A stretch of DNA of 64,000 bases from Vicugna vicugna (lineage: Eukaryota), in the NCBI GenBank assembly GCA_013265495.1, contig MU058337.1, positions 3,838,880-3,902,879 of the forward strand, written 5' to 3'. Shown here in pieces: positions 13,497 to 26,688 of the stretch. The notes beneath the pieces are model-generated. The model saw only the letters and a program-made list of their open reading frames with translations. It was not told the origin of the DNA and did not search any database. The position numbers and the translations under genes are program-made. How positions within the stretch are numbered: position 1 is the first letter of the stretch; every line of letters starts with the position of its first letter.

Positions 13497-13707
13497 TTGG
13501 CATTATTGACCTATTAGGCTGGGTAATTCTTTGTTGTGGAGACTGTCCTGTGGATTGTGACATGTTCAGCAGTAGTTGCTAGTACCCTCCACCCAGTACA
13601 TGCTGAGACCACCATCCGTTCCCCCTGAGTTGTGATAACAAAAAATGTCTCCAGATACTGTCAGATGTCCCCTGGGGCACAAAATCATCCCCAGCTTAAA
13701 ACCACTG
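13497..13707 (-). mobile_element. MER20 (hAT-Charlie) DNA transposon
   Basis: ggcattattgac..taattctttgttgtggagactgtcctgtggattgt..aaaaatgtctccagatactgtcagatgtcccctggggcacaaaatc..aaccactg. Confidence 0.9.
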
Positions 13708-15987
13708 GTCTAAAATTTTGTAAAACTTGTTTTTATCTGAAGTTCAAGAAATTCTACCAGGATGAACCTAATTATGTGGTTCTTTATAAATTTATTTATA
13801 CATCCTTCAGTTTATGTGAACCCTTTAACAAGGATCTCTCCCTGTAGACTGGGGCTTAAGGCTGACTGTGAGGCTCAGATGGAAGCTCTTGAAGAAAGAC
13901 AGTCTGTACTGCTGTCTGTCACAGTGTCCCAGACGTGAAGACGTGAAAGCCTCAGCCTCAGGCTCCGTCCATCTTGGCCGTTGTGGGGTTATCATACTCA
14001 CAAAATTCATGTAAGGTCAAAGATAACCGTCTCCCCAGACCAGCATAGTCCCCACCAAGCTGGAAGCAGCTCTAGCTCCTAAGATTTCACCGAAACCAGT
14101 ACTCCTGTTGCTGTAGCTACTTGCCCATAGAAAGAAAAATCCTTCCAGAGTTAGTGGGAGAGGGTAAGGAAGTTTATATTTAGGTGTTCCCAAAGCCACA
14201 TTCAGAACTTACTTTAAAAGACTCCCTTTTGAAAATATTGAAGAATTTGCTGAAAATTTGGGAGAGGCTTGGTGAAGAGAATATTCCATGTATGAAACTT
14301 GCCTCAATTTAAATGACTATATGGTAAAATTAAGCACAAAGAAAAATGAGATCAAATTAGTTGGCCAGTGATAATAATTATTTTAAAATTCCACGTAGCT
14401 CAATCAGTAGTGGTTTTCAAGCCAGTATGAAAATAATAAAGATTTCAGTATTATATATAAGATCTCTCTCTAGTATTGAAAATTCTTTCAAAGGTGTGTG
14501 TGTGTACACAGAGTCCACTGACACTGTGTACCATGAAAAAAATAACTACAGAACTAGAGATAAAGAGGACATGTCATTACAAGATAGAGTAAGAATTTAA
14601 ATAGAACCAAAAGGAATCACTAGTATAAAAAAGTCTGTTCCAAAGGAATGATTTTCTGGGGTGATACATTAAATATCCTCAAATAGGTACTAAATGAAAG
14701 AAGAATAGTTTTATAATACATAATATAAGTCTAAGTGCAAAGGACAGAATTTCTCATTTATCAGCGACAAAGGCGAATAGAAAGTCCGACCTGAGTCTTA
14801 TCAGATTTGCCCTTAGCAGACTAAGCAAGGAACAACTACAAATATCAAAGGCAGGAACCACAACAAGACAACCTTGCTGCGTTTGTCTGACTGGTAATCA
14901 GATCAACCTACAAAGATTTTTTTTTAGTGATTTCGTTTCAGAAAGATTTCATAAGTAACACTCTTTGGCATGTTCTTATCCTTTTAGCAATCATTGAGAG
15001 CTTTCAAATGAGTAAGAAAATACCTGCCTCAAAACTCAGACTAGCTTTTTTTTTAAACAACTCTTGCAGTCATTTCTATCTTCAAATAACAGAGAAATCA
15101 GCTTTAGATGAATGGAACTTGAACAGTAGCAGAAAGGACGCGCAACTCTCCCAGGCATATGTCACAGCTTGAAGGGAACAGGAAAGGAGACATTTACACA
15201 GAGAAAACGCCACCTCCTCCTCTCCTCCGGAAGTGGAATCTGACTGCAGAGCAGTCAGAACCCACACACAGAGCCAAGTTAAAGTGAAGTAGGTGGAATT
15301 TCCTTGAAAGTCATTCTAGCAACTGCTCCCTGTGGACAGGTGGGCCTCCCCACTAGCAGTTCACAACCAGAGTAGGTCCTGAATCCAGAAACCTGGCCAC
15401 CAGCTTTCCTCTCTCCTCCAGACAGTGATAGATATACTCCCTTGCTCATTTTAGCCATTTCACCAAACACCATAAGCCAAACTGCACGGTGCTTCCACAA
15501 ACATGACCTCGTGAGTTACACAGATCAGTGCAGGCAGAGACACTGTACAACAGCCATGAGGTCTTGCCCATGTTATTGAGCCTTCGTGTGTCACATGTAC
15601 ATACTATCACTATCCCCCAGGAGATTCCAAGGACTAGAGGTGATGCAGTAAAATGCCTGTCAGAGCGGTCAGCAGCTTGTTTAAGTGGTTGTTGCTTTTG
15701 TTTTTGTGACGGTTATTATTACTGTTAATAAGAACTTCACCGTGTAAGTAATAAAACTAGGACACCTACTGACCCCCCCGACCCATCACCAGATAGATGA
15801 TATCAGAGCACTAAGTCAGGCTAAACCTTCTCAACTCCAACCCCTGTAGTGCTCTGTCCACAACCCCATGTAGACTCTCAGTGGTAAAAAAGACTTTAAA
15901 CATCTATGAACTTGAGTTAAATCAGTACACAGAGCCCAGCAGTCCTCCCATGGCATACAGTTGGAGTATAATGCACCTTATAAAGAG

Positions 15988-16317
15988 AGTATGTAGTTCG
16001 AGCTGCTGTGGCAGAACACCGTAGGCTGAGTGGCTTAAATGACGTGTATTTCTCACAGTTCTGGAGGCCGGGAAGATCAGGATCAAGGTAGGGGCAGATC
16101 ACCAGTGTCTGGTAAGGGCTGGCTTCCTGGTTTGCAGATGGCTGTCTTCCTGCTGCGTCCTCCCATGGCTGAGAAAGCCAGCCAGCTCTCTGGCCTCTTC
16201 CTATAAGGCATTAATCCCGTTCACAGGGTCACCACTCTCATGACCTAATTACCTTCCAAAGGCGCCACTCACACAAATATATGAATTCTGGGGCAACAAA
16301 ATATTCAGTCCATTGTA
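15988..16317 (-). mobile_element. MaLR solo LTR (MLT1A-like)
   Basis: gagtggcttaaa..tatttctcacagttctggaggccgggaag..cttcctggtttgcagatggc..tcatgacctaattaccttccaaagg..attcagtccattg. Confidence 0.9.
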
Positions 16318-19300
16318 GAGAGTAAAGAATAAAACAGTGTGGCCATTTGGGGTATTTTGCAGAAGAAAGTAGGTGTGGAACACTGAAACCTGCCTTTGTG
16401 ATTTGACATAAAGCACAAGTGTGAATCTGAGCTTCACTGGTGCATATCCGTCAACACCAGTTATTCTGCAGTTTCTTAGTTACCTCTGCCTCCTGCATTT
16501 GACCTATTTTATCTTAGAGTTTTCCATTGTGAAGGGTAATCCTCTGTGCAGTAGCTAGAATTTCTTGGTAGACAAAAAATACAATAATATTACAGTTAGA
16601 AAATGCAGGATTTGGTCAGAAAGAAGCAAAGGATAAAGGAATTAGTTATCAACCCTGTTTCCAACATCCAACACTCTCCAGCCTTATAAAAACACAGTGC
16701 CATGGGAGGGCTCCAAGATGTCCAGTCCCCGTCAGTCATGAAATGAGCTTGCCAGCAGGGCTGACCTTCCCTCAAACATACATGCACAATAAGGACATTA
16801 CTGGAGGCACGCAGAGACAAACAGGACTTTTCCTCGAAAGCAGACAATTTTCTGTCAAGAATCTTCTCATAGAAAAGCGCCTGGGCAACCCCTGCTATTT
16901 TTATCTCCTGAGGCTTAACTTAGTACAAATAAATTAGAACCATCGATTAAAAAGGGGTGGGGTGAAGGGGGCACAGGGAAAACCAATTACACATTCATAG
17001 AGACAAAATTGCAGAAATTATGAAGATGAGCAACCTTAAAAAAGTTTTCAGCATTTTTATGCAGCCTACATTCATTCTTTAAATTATACAAATGTACTTA
17101 ATAAAATCAGAATTCACTTAAATGTACATACCCCATCACCCCATCGCTCCAGGCGCATAGCTCTCCAGGTCTACGTTTACTCATTTTCCTGCTAATCGGT
17201 GAAGGTAACTTTTTAACCTCCCCAGTTTTGGAAAATAAAGAGAGCCCTAAACCAAAGCAAAAAATGTCTTCTACTGAGCTGTGCCAGGAAACCAAAATGA
17301 ATTGCGCTGCCATTTGAAAGTTAATAGTGAAAGAAAGAAATAAAGTTACTTTCCATCAATCAGAGATCTCTTCATGAAGATATTTGTCCAAATTGCCCTA
17401 CCATCTGGTTTCAAAGCTTTGCAAAAGGAAACCACCTAATATTTACGATATTATCTTAGTATCTTACATATTAGGATATACATCTCATATCTTCTTATCT
17501 AATATACGAAGATACATTTGTTTGTAATGCTTTTGATAAGAAATGACAAGAGGAAAAAAGAATGAAAAGGAATGAAAAAGGAAGGAGGAAAAGAAGGAAA
17601 GGAAAAAATATATATATATAGGCTCTCACTAAGTTGCACTAAGTCATAGCAAAATGATTTTAAATTAATGTTTTCCTAACAAGTACTTAATAAAGAAATA
17701 GGTTTGAATGACTTTCATGTATTTTAAACACTGTGACTCTGCAATTCAAATTCAAACTGAAATTCTCTATGTTTCAAAATATATGTCTAGTCATTAGCAT
17801 GAGTTTGCAACAGTATAATCCACTTCTATAAAACTGCACAAAGAAGTAAAACATGACTCAGTGCCTTTGTTTATATTATCAATTTCTTGGCTATAAATGT
17901 CCTCATTTCCTACAGTGAGCAGAGCTAAATGTTATCCTGCTCTGCCTAATTACCACCAAACCCCAATTAGAAGAGTTCAAATCCACTGCCTAGTGCTGTA
18001 TGATATATTCATGGTACTGTCAATATAGACTATGAGTTATGTATGTTCTAGGTATGATTTATAATAGTGATCAAAACTTTCATTACAGTGGCCCATAAAA
18101 TATTAGCTTATAGTCACTGGAATGCAGTTTTCGTCATTTTCTTCCTGTGACCATAGATCAGTTATGTGAGCACAGCATCATACTGGAGAAGATAAAATGC
18201 AGTTAAGTAAAAATGGCATGGCTAATTCCCTTTGGGAGCTCATATTTAAAATGGAAATACAAGCTTACCCCTGAGAAAAGACAAGAGGAAATGGGCTTAA
18301 ATTTATAGAAGGAGGGGACAAAGCATTTTTCCTCCTGCTCATACCCTCCCACTCTACCCTCAAGGTTGCTAACTGCAGGTGAACAGCAGAAAAGAGTGAA
18401 GAAAATGAAGACATTATGTAGCTGACCATGATCTTACCACTATGTGGAAAAAGAACTGCACATCTGCCTCACTCTCTCTTCTTCATTTAGACTTTTGTAA
18501 GGACAATTGAGGCTGCACCAAGAAAAGTTTAAATGAAAAGATTCATTATCTATTACTTTAAAACAAAGTTAGGAGATTAATTGCTAATAATGGTCGGAAG
18601 GCTCTGCTAGAGGTCGTAACAATAGAGCCCTAGATACAGTGAATAATAAGGCAGTCGTTGATTTGTTTGGAATAGCACTCCATCAGCTTTGCAGTCACCT
18701 CATTACTGGCTTCCGGGTCCCAGCTCATCCTTCATCTCTTCTAGTGAGATCATTCAAACTAAACCAAACCAAATTGCTTCCAACGTAATGTGCTTGGAAT
18801 ACCCTCAAAGTGTCAGAAATCTAGGCAAAATACTTAGTATAGAAAAATTTTTTTCTTAAAGACCAAGGTGAAGATGTGGAAACATCACCATCTAGATTAA
18901 TCTCAGCTCCACCGATTTTAATGGTAGCTGTAGGAACTTAAGGAAGTTTCTTAATGATTTTGTGAAAGTTTCTCCTCACCTAAAAAAAGATGTCTTATTT
19001 TTGAGAATTGGGGTAATGGATATAAACCACTTAAAAGTAGTAATCATAGCAAAGAAAAATACTGAAAAGAGGAAAAAAAATGTCTTAGGACAAAGCTTTG
19101 AAAGAACTAAGCAGAACAGAGAAGGAAAAAAACAGCCAAGATTAATAATTGGGGAGAGAGAATGGAGTCAGAGAAGTAAAGAATAGGAAGGTTAAAGGAA
19201 AATCATGATTAAAAACTTACAAGATTAATGATTAAAGAATTATGAGATAAATAGAGAATTTATGGCAGAGTAAAAACCAAGCAAATGCCTTTATTTGAGA

Positions 19301-19714
19301 TTAGAAGTAAATTCCCAAACATCTTAGAGCAAATATTTCTATACGTATTTAGTTTATATTTTATATGAAAGTCTTGTCTCCCCAATAAGGAATTGAGGAA
19401 CATATTTTACATTTCTTTATATTTCCATCCACATCCAACATTGCATAGTCACCAAAAAGGTCTATGAAAATTATGCAGTAAAGATAGTAGTTGAAAAGGA
19501 CCACAAATGCACAAGAAATCATGCAGCCTTAGGTGAGGTGTTTTTACAGAAAAGTAAAGGAGATCGTGAACAAAGGGTCATTGAGATTTCTCCAGACAAA
19601 GGAAATGGATGTAGAAATCCGGCAGCAGAGGGGCAGGTTGGAAATCCAGAGTGTACGTGTAGAGTTTAAGGAAGAGGACGCAGCAGGGAGATGTAGGAAA
19701 GCACCAGGCTAAAT

Positions 19715-19950
19715 ACGTGGGTCTGGAATGCAGACAGATGTAGGTTCTGAACTCAGCTTCACAGGCAAGTTTAGATGAACACTTTTCTAAGCCTCAGTTT
19801 CCTTAATTCAAAATTGGGCCTAATCTTACTTACCTTAATGGGAGATGGTGAGGTTAAAAGAACTTTCTGAAATTTAATAATTCCTCACAGTGCCTGGGGC
19901 AGAGTGTATACTCTCTAGATGATAGCCATCACTGTCATAATTATCATAAG
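19715..19950 (+). mobile_element. MIR SINE
   Basis: Core tctaagcctcagtttccttaattcaaaattggg followed by cacagtgcctgg. Confidence 0.8.
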
Positions 19951-21821
19951 CATCACCACAATTAATGCTCAGTCCAGGATGCAGGGAGGAAATAGAAAAT
20001 GAACATATGAAGGGAAAGTGGACCATAGAGAAAAATCTTTGCCTTCAGAGAAGAGTATAAAGTTACTACTGCAGGGAGAAGGGGGGACTGGAGGAAGATG
20101 AGCTTGGGAGCAAAGGAGATGACAGCTTGCTGCACCCCCAGCTTTGCCTTGTGTGCAGTGACTCGGTGAGGAGAGAGAAGGTGCTTGTGTAGGCATTGCA
20201 GGGCGCTGGACTGAGCAAAGGCAGAAACACTGGGTGATAAGCAACTTGATAAGCCTGGCTCAAGGTACAGAGCTGGAGAGGGCAAGTGCTAAAGGGCTAC
20301 CTCTGAGTTCTGAGCATCAGTAGCAAAAGGATGATGAGGACAAGACTCAAAGAAGGTGGGAAATGTGATTTTCACTGTGGTTTCATTTCCCTAACCCCTT
20401 TTTAAAAAATCTGTGCTAGGTAGAGATTTTTCTCCTTGATTGTAAAGCATTAGAGCAGAGAGGAATATTAACATTAACTCATTTTTTAATGGATAAAAAA
20501 CTCTCATTATGAAAGTAAAATTTTTAAAAATCATAAAATACTTGTATTTCAAGGTGAAATTAAAGAAAACTGAGAAATTAATTTGGGGAGAAAGGAAAGG
20601 GAAGAGGAAATGTAATGCATAAATCTGAGAAGAAATAAAGAGAAGATAGAATTAGATGATATCCTCACGTGTTTAATTTCTAACAGTCCTTTCCTGTACT
20701 TTAATAAATATGCAAATATATAAAATGCACTGTTTTGAATATAACTTCTTTAGACTATCATGTTTTCTCCTATTTTTTTGCATTAAAAATTTTTTTTTCA
20801 TGAATTTTAAAAGGTGCGTAATGACAGCTTAAATCAAATTGGGGGAAAAAACACTAATTTTTTATTTGTTGCTATAAACTCAAGGTACAGAGAACCAGGG
20901 GAAGTAGTTTGATCATAGCAAGTTGTTGTGTCATTATATATTTAGTATCTTTTTGCACTAATTGAGTTATCTGGAAGCATATACATTATTCATTTTCTGG
21001 AGAGTTGGGCTGACTTATCAACACAGCCTCTTCTGCTATGACTTTTTAGTGTAAATAAAAGAACCCAGATTCCCTCAAAACTGAGCCCCATTTGCATGAC
21101 ATTTCACATTCACATACATCTCATTAACTAGGGAAAAGGCTTGATCTGAACTCAGCTGCCCAAGTACCTACATCCCAATTACAGTTTTCTACTTGTCTTC
21201 CAGTATGCTGCTGTTACAGTTGAACAAAAGAGAACACTTTACATATTTTTTCCGAGAGTTTATAAGCAGCATTGGATACACAACGTAACCTAGAGACTTC
21301 ACAATGAAACATGAAAGGTTTTATGGAAAGAAGAAACTTTTACTTAATTTTATTAGACAAATTGTCTTAAATAAGAAATGTTTTTGAACTCTTAAAGTCT
21401 AACCCATCCCAGAGAGCAGAGTGGTGTTGATTCAAGAATCTTGTGGAAGGGAGGGGAGAGGCTATTTTCCTTTCTTTTAAGAGTTATTCTCAGCATTGAA
21501 ACTTTCACACCAGGGAGACTTGAGTCAGGACAAACTGTAGACGTGAATGGGAAGGTGTCTTGTGTACAAAGCATCTTTTTGTTTATTACTTTCCGTAATG
21601 TTATCCTCTGAGTAGAGGCCTGTGAGAGAAGGTGGGTAAGAGGATCTTATCTCCCAGTTGGTTAGGAGTCACTGTTCTAGACTGTGTGCTCTTTGAGGAC
21701 AGAACATCCTTGACTCTATGATCTACTGTCAGTATTTAATCTAGAAATAGCTATCCCATAAGTACCCAACATATGTTTTGTTGCTAAACGATGTCAATAC
21801 AGAGAATTAAAGAGTATAACA

Positions 21822-22040
21822 CACAGGTCCGGGAACTTTTAATGTAAAGGGCCAAATAGTAAGTATTTTAGATTTTGTGAGCCATATGGTCTATGCTGCA
21901 GTCACTCGATTCTTGTAGTGTTAAAGAAGCCTTAGACATTATGTAAATAAAAGGGTATGGCTGTGTTCCAAGAAAATTTTACTTACATAAACAACCTGAG
22001 GGCAAAATTTGGTCTGTGGGCTACTGTTGGAGGACCTCTG
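21822..22040 (-). mobile_element. MER58A (hAT-Charlie), full length with 8-bp TSD
   Basis: tgtaaagggccaaatagtaagtattttag..ggtatggctgtgttccaagaaaattttac; flanks gtataaca (21814-21821) and gtttaaca (22041-22048) match at 7/8. Confidence 0.9.
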
Positions 22041-22519
22041 GTTTAACATATACAAATGATGGTCAGTTAGACCTTATCAGTCTAAAAGCAAGAGACCAGT
22101 TCATAGGTGGTTTAGGATAGAAGTCTTCAAGGTCAGGGTCAGGACTGAAATCAAAGGGCTAATGCCACAGAGCTTTGTGGAACCTGAAGAATAACTCCCA
22201 GTAAAGGCTTCTCTGATATTTTACCTAAAAGCTCCAAATTCTTGACTGCTAGAGTCTCCTGTCAAGGGCTGACAGAGGTTATCAGCAGGATTCCCTCCCT
22301 GGGCAGGGTTCAGTGAGTCTTTTTTCAGACATTCCTCAATGATCTGGATGGCTGACTTTCCAGTTAATTTTTAGATTATAAGAAATTGGAAAATGAAACA
22401 AATCCATGCTATTAGCCAAAATCTCTGTGATACCAACATATTATACTTTTAACAATTCCCCCGGGAAAATGAAAAAAGGAAACAGGCATAAGGGTGATGG
22501 AAAAGGTATTCTACTTTAT

Positions 22520-22720
22520 GAGCAATTATTGTTAGGATCTGAGCCATGTTAATGCTGTTCATATCTGTGCTCACATAATTCTCATTATAAGTGTGAGATA
22601 ATCAATTTCCCTGTCTCAGGTGAGGAAAAAAAAGATTCAGAAGTGTTGAGAAACCTAGCCACACTGGTAAGAGGCAACAGGCTTTAAGCCTAGATTTGCC
22701 GTGTCCCGTCATTCATCCAC
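22520..22720 (-). mobile_element. MIR SINE
   Basis: ctcacataattctcatt..caggtgaggaaa..gattcagaagtg..gccacactggtaagaggc. Confidence 0.65.
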
Positions 22721-22839
22721 ACCTTTCCGCTGCTCTCTCCACTTCCCGAACGCTGGCAGTATTCCTCCTCCTAACCTCTCAGGGTACACAGAATTACAAG
22801 GTAGCAAGACTGAGTGACTAGAGTGAGGCCAGAATGATG

Positions 22840-23586
22840 CTTCTAATATGGTTACAGGGAAGGTGTATCCATGGAGGTCTTATTTGGGCTGAAACTGAAT
22901 GATGAGAAGACTGTTGTACAAAACTCTGAGAGACAGGTTAGAGGAAACAGCAAGTTGAAAGCCCCAGGGCAGTAAAGTACTTTGCCTACTTGAGGAATAC
23001 AAAAGTCAGTTCACTGCAGGACAGAACAAAGGCCACTGTGGTCAGGCCACAACAAACTAGGAAAACAAGACACCCAAAGATGTCAGATCTTGTAGAGTCT
23101 TACACGCCATGGTAAAGAGTTTGGATTTTATTCTAAGGGCAATAGGAAGTTATTAGAGGAGTGTGCTAGAATCTAACTTGACTTTTTAAAATATTATTCA
23201 GAGGATTGTGTAGAAATAGATTGTGAGGCAGTGAGCATGGAAGAAAGGGCAGTATCTAAGGGAGGGTTTATGGGGTATTGGAAGAGTTAAATATTTGGAT
23301 TCAGCATATACTGTTAAGAATTCGTTGATGTTTTAATGTTGGAGGTGACGGTGAAAAATTAAAGGTTATTGCCAAACTTTTTATTTAACCAAACAACACA
23401 ACTAGGAATGAACAAATTTGGGGCAATGGGAAAATTCAAAGTTGATGTGTCTATTGTGGAGCCAAGTGAAGAGTGTAAGCACATTGTTGTACATAAATTT
23501 TAGAGCTCAGGATGATGGAAGGGTGGAGATAGAGATGGAGAGATGGTAAATGGATGGATAGATAGATAGGTAGGTAGGTAGGTAGG

Positions 23587-23631
<45 letters not shown>

Positions 23632-23800
23632 GGATGAATGGATGTAGAAGTAGACATGGGAGTGGAGGAGAGAAACATTTGGAAATCAGTAGAACTAGAT
23701 CATCATGAAAGAATTAACAAAGAAGAGATCCTATCACTGATTTCTAAGACACTCAAAAATGAGAATCAGGTACAAAGGAGGGAACCATGCTTCCGTTGAG
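22840..23800 (-). mobile_element. L2 remnant
   Basis: Purine-rich antisense L2, e.g. gccatggtaaagagtttggattttattctaagggcaataggaag. Confidence 0.75.
23551..23643. repeat. Compound tetranucleotide microsatellite (GATA)3(GGTA)5(GATA)10 with GGAT flanks
   Basis: Read directly from the sequence. Confidence 0.97.
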
Positions 23801-24069
23801 AGTAGTCACTATTGCAAATATGCCAATGTATCCTGAATTAATCCATGTTTTCAAACACACACATGGCAGAAAATGTGACATTTATAGAGGACCACGAGTT
23901 AAACACTAGTGAGAAAGGCATGAATGTCCACTCAACACTGGGTTACAAAGGAGAAGGAACAGTTCAGGCATAAAATGTTTACAATGGCAACAGAAGTAGA
24001 ATTTGAAGACACCAGTACTCAATACTCAAAGTAGAACAATAATTTAGGAGCTTGATACAGTAATGCAGT

Positions 24070-25945
24070 GCCTTCAGTGGTCACCAATGACACCTACTTT
24101 CCCGGGTCTCCTCCTCTCTCTGATTGGCCCTTATTAGCCTTTGAAGTCATCCTTCTTCCATCTGCCTGTCATGACATATCACTATCCCCTGTGAGGCCAC
24201 GTTTGGCTTTCTTCTAATTCACTATGCTCTCCCTGTAGCAATCTCATGCAAGTCCAAAGCCACAATGACCACAGGTATGCCAGTGATGACCAAACCACCT
24301 TGACCACAGCCCCATTTCTTCCCCTGAGTTCCAAGCTCACATTTCAGATTGTCTACCCCATCAGAGCTGTTGCATTTCAGATGGAACATATCCAAAGCCA
24401 ATTTCCTTGTTTTCCATCCACAGCCTACTCTGTCTTTAACATTCTCTCTATTAGCCAGTGGTATCCCCTACTACCTCAGCAACCAGGCTAGAAATATGAG
24501 GACCATCTTTGAATTTTCAATTTCCCTTCCCTCCCACATCCAGTCTGAGACCAAATCCTGTCAGTTATACTCCCACCATTCTCAAATCTATCTTTCCTCC
24601 CTATTCCCGTGGCTGTTGCAAATTCTTCATCATCTTTTGCCTAGATTATTTAAAGTTTTCTGACTCTTCACAGGGTGAGCTTTCTGCAAAGAAATCCATC
24701 CGTATTTCTCCCTTGCTTATAACCCTTTAGTGGCCCTTTCATGGGCTCTGGCAGTATTTCTCAAATGTATTTCCATAGCTGTGGTCTCAGGAGTCCTGGA
24801 CTTCTTTATTGATTTACAAGTTGTGCACTTTTTCAATGATAATCCAAAGCATAAACATAAGCATAAATGCAGGTGCATATTGCAGACAGTAAAGATGACA
24901 CAGCTGTGCCACAAGATTCCAGCACCTGCCTGTCAGTGTCCATAGACTCATTAGCAAGCAGTGACACTCCAGTCATTGTTGTGGCTAAGAAACAAAGAAA
25001 AAAGTCATAGAGGAACTTAATTTCTCAACCCCAAATGGCATATCCCTGTGGTGTATACACAAAGATGTCCCTTTGGTTTAAAGAGAGGGACATGGTAAGC
25101 AAATTGAGCCCCAGCATGGCACATGTTAGTGTCAGTGAAAGCAGGACAGAATGAAACTCCAGTACCAAAGCAATCAAGACCATGTCTACATTAAAGCAGT
25201 GTTTTTGTTAGAGAGATAAGTAACATGCCTCCAACTTTGAATTGTAATAGTTTTACAGTTCTATTTATTTTTAACTTGTAATTTTGTTTTAGTTGTATAA
25301 GTGCTTTCTACATAAGGAGTTTGTACTTGGTTTTATATGTGTACATATGTAAGTAAGAATATGGTAAAAATAATTGAAGTGAACAATGTAAGTCACAAGA
25401 GCTATTTTCCTTTAAAAGGCATTCATATGTTACTCAAGTTTAAGAAATGCTGGTATATAAGCTCAAGTCCAAATGCTGATGTATGTATGTTAACAAGTTC
25501 CTCCATGATCCAGCCACCCTCACTTCCCACTGCTCAGTGTACCCTATGGTTCAACCAGTTCCAGCAGCCTACTTTGTCTAAATTGTCTTTGCTTTAATGT
25601 GCCTGGTGTTTTGCAGTTTAGATTCCTCTGTTTAATTCAAATTCCATCTTATAAATTGACAATATTTTGATTCTTTTTCATTTCTTCCATCTTCAACCCC
25701 CATCAACCAGGTAAATGCAAGTATTGCTTCCAAAGTCTTTCTCAAGGACACCACATGTCTATTACAGCACTTACCATATGTACTGTAATTATTGATTTAC
25801 ATGTCTGCCTTTTTTCTTGAGGTCTGAAGCAGCTTGAAGTTAGGAATTTTATTTTATTCATATTTGCATTACTAGTCCCTGGTTCATTTCCCAACTTACA
25901 GAAGCCACTCAATAAATAATTATTCTATAGATGAATGAAAATATA
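24070..25945 (+). mobile_element. L2 remnant running to its 3' tail, interrupted by a DNA transposon
   Basis: L2 text aaccctttagtggcc is resumed as caagtccaaa after the insert; ends cactcaataaataattattc..gaatgaa. Confidence 0.75.
24752..25452. mobile_element. Non-autonomous hAT-Charlie-type DNA transposon nested in L2
   Basis: Terminal inverted repeats cagtatttctcaaa and tttaagaaatgctg (12/14 match); it interrupts contiguous L2 sequence. Confidence 0.7.
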
Positions 25946-26042
25946 AATGAATGGATAGGTGGATGGATGGATGGACAGATGGATGGATGGATGGGTGGGT
26001 GGATGAATGAGTTGGTGAATGGACTGATAAATAGATGAATGA
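25946..26042. repeat. Degenerate (GGAT/GAAT)n microsatellite at the L2 tail
   Basis: Read directly from the sequence. Confidence 0.9.
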
Positions 26043-26093
26043 CTAAACGGACACATGAAAGGATACTGTCACTTCAGAGTACAACATATTTTA

Positions 26094-26396
26094 TTTATTT
26101 TTTCCTTTTTTATTGAAGTATTTCCAGTTTACATTGTTATATTCATCACTGGTGTACAACATAATATTTCAGTCATACGTATACATAGATATATTCCTTT
26201 TCATATTATTTTTCATTATAGGTTACTACAAGATATTGAATATAGTTCCCTGTGCTATATGGTATAAACTTGTTGTCTATTTTATATATACAAGTTAGTA
26301 TCTGAAAATCTCAAACTCCTAATTTATCCCTTCCCACCCCCTTTCCCCCACTGGTAACCATAATTTGTTTTCTAAGTCTGTGAGTCTTTTCCTGTT
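26094..26396 (-). mobile_element. Younger artiodactyl-type L1 3' end, 5'-truncated, with TSD
   Basis: T-rich tail then ttattgaagta..caagatattgaatatagttccctgtgctata; TSD tacaacatatttta (26080-26093) and tacgatatatttta (26397-26410), 12/14. Confidence 0.92.
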
Positions 26397-26627
26397 TACG
26401 ATATATTTTAAATTAAAGACAACTGAGAAATCACTGCCCTTCCTAATAACACTCAGTTTCTTCAGACTTCATGTTGCAACAGTATTCTTGTTATCACAAG
26501 GTCTTCATATGTAAAGTATGAGCTGTAATCTACCTTGAAGATATTTACACACATATATCAACACATCTGGAAAGCTATGATACTTTAACCTGAATAGATC
26601 TCTGTTGCTTAAGATATAAAAAAACCT

Positions 26628-26688
26628 TGCTGTACCCCAGAAATGGACACATTGTAAACTGACTACACTTCAGTTAAAAAAAAAAAAA
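26628..26688 (+). mobile_element. Extremely 5'-truncated L1 tail (~48 bp plus poly-A)
   Basis: tgctgtaccccagaaatggacacattgtaaactgactacacttcagtt(A)13, same family as 54002-54214; degenerate TSD aagatataaaaaaac / aagatatggaaaac. Confidence 0.85.

Noticed and set aside
14504..14531. Hairpin gtacacagagtc-cact-gacactgtgtac (11/12 stem)
   Set aside because: Too short for a pre-miRNA and plausible by chance in 64 kb.
23451..23678. ORF with SIYL repeats
   Set aside because: Translation of the (GATA)n microsatellite.
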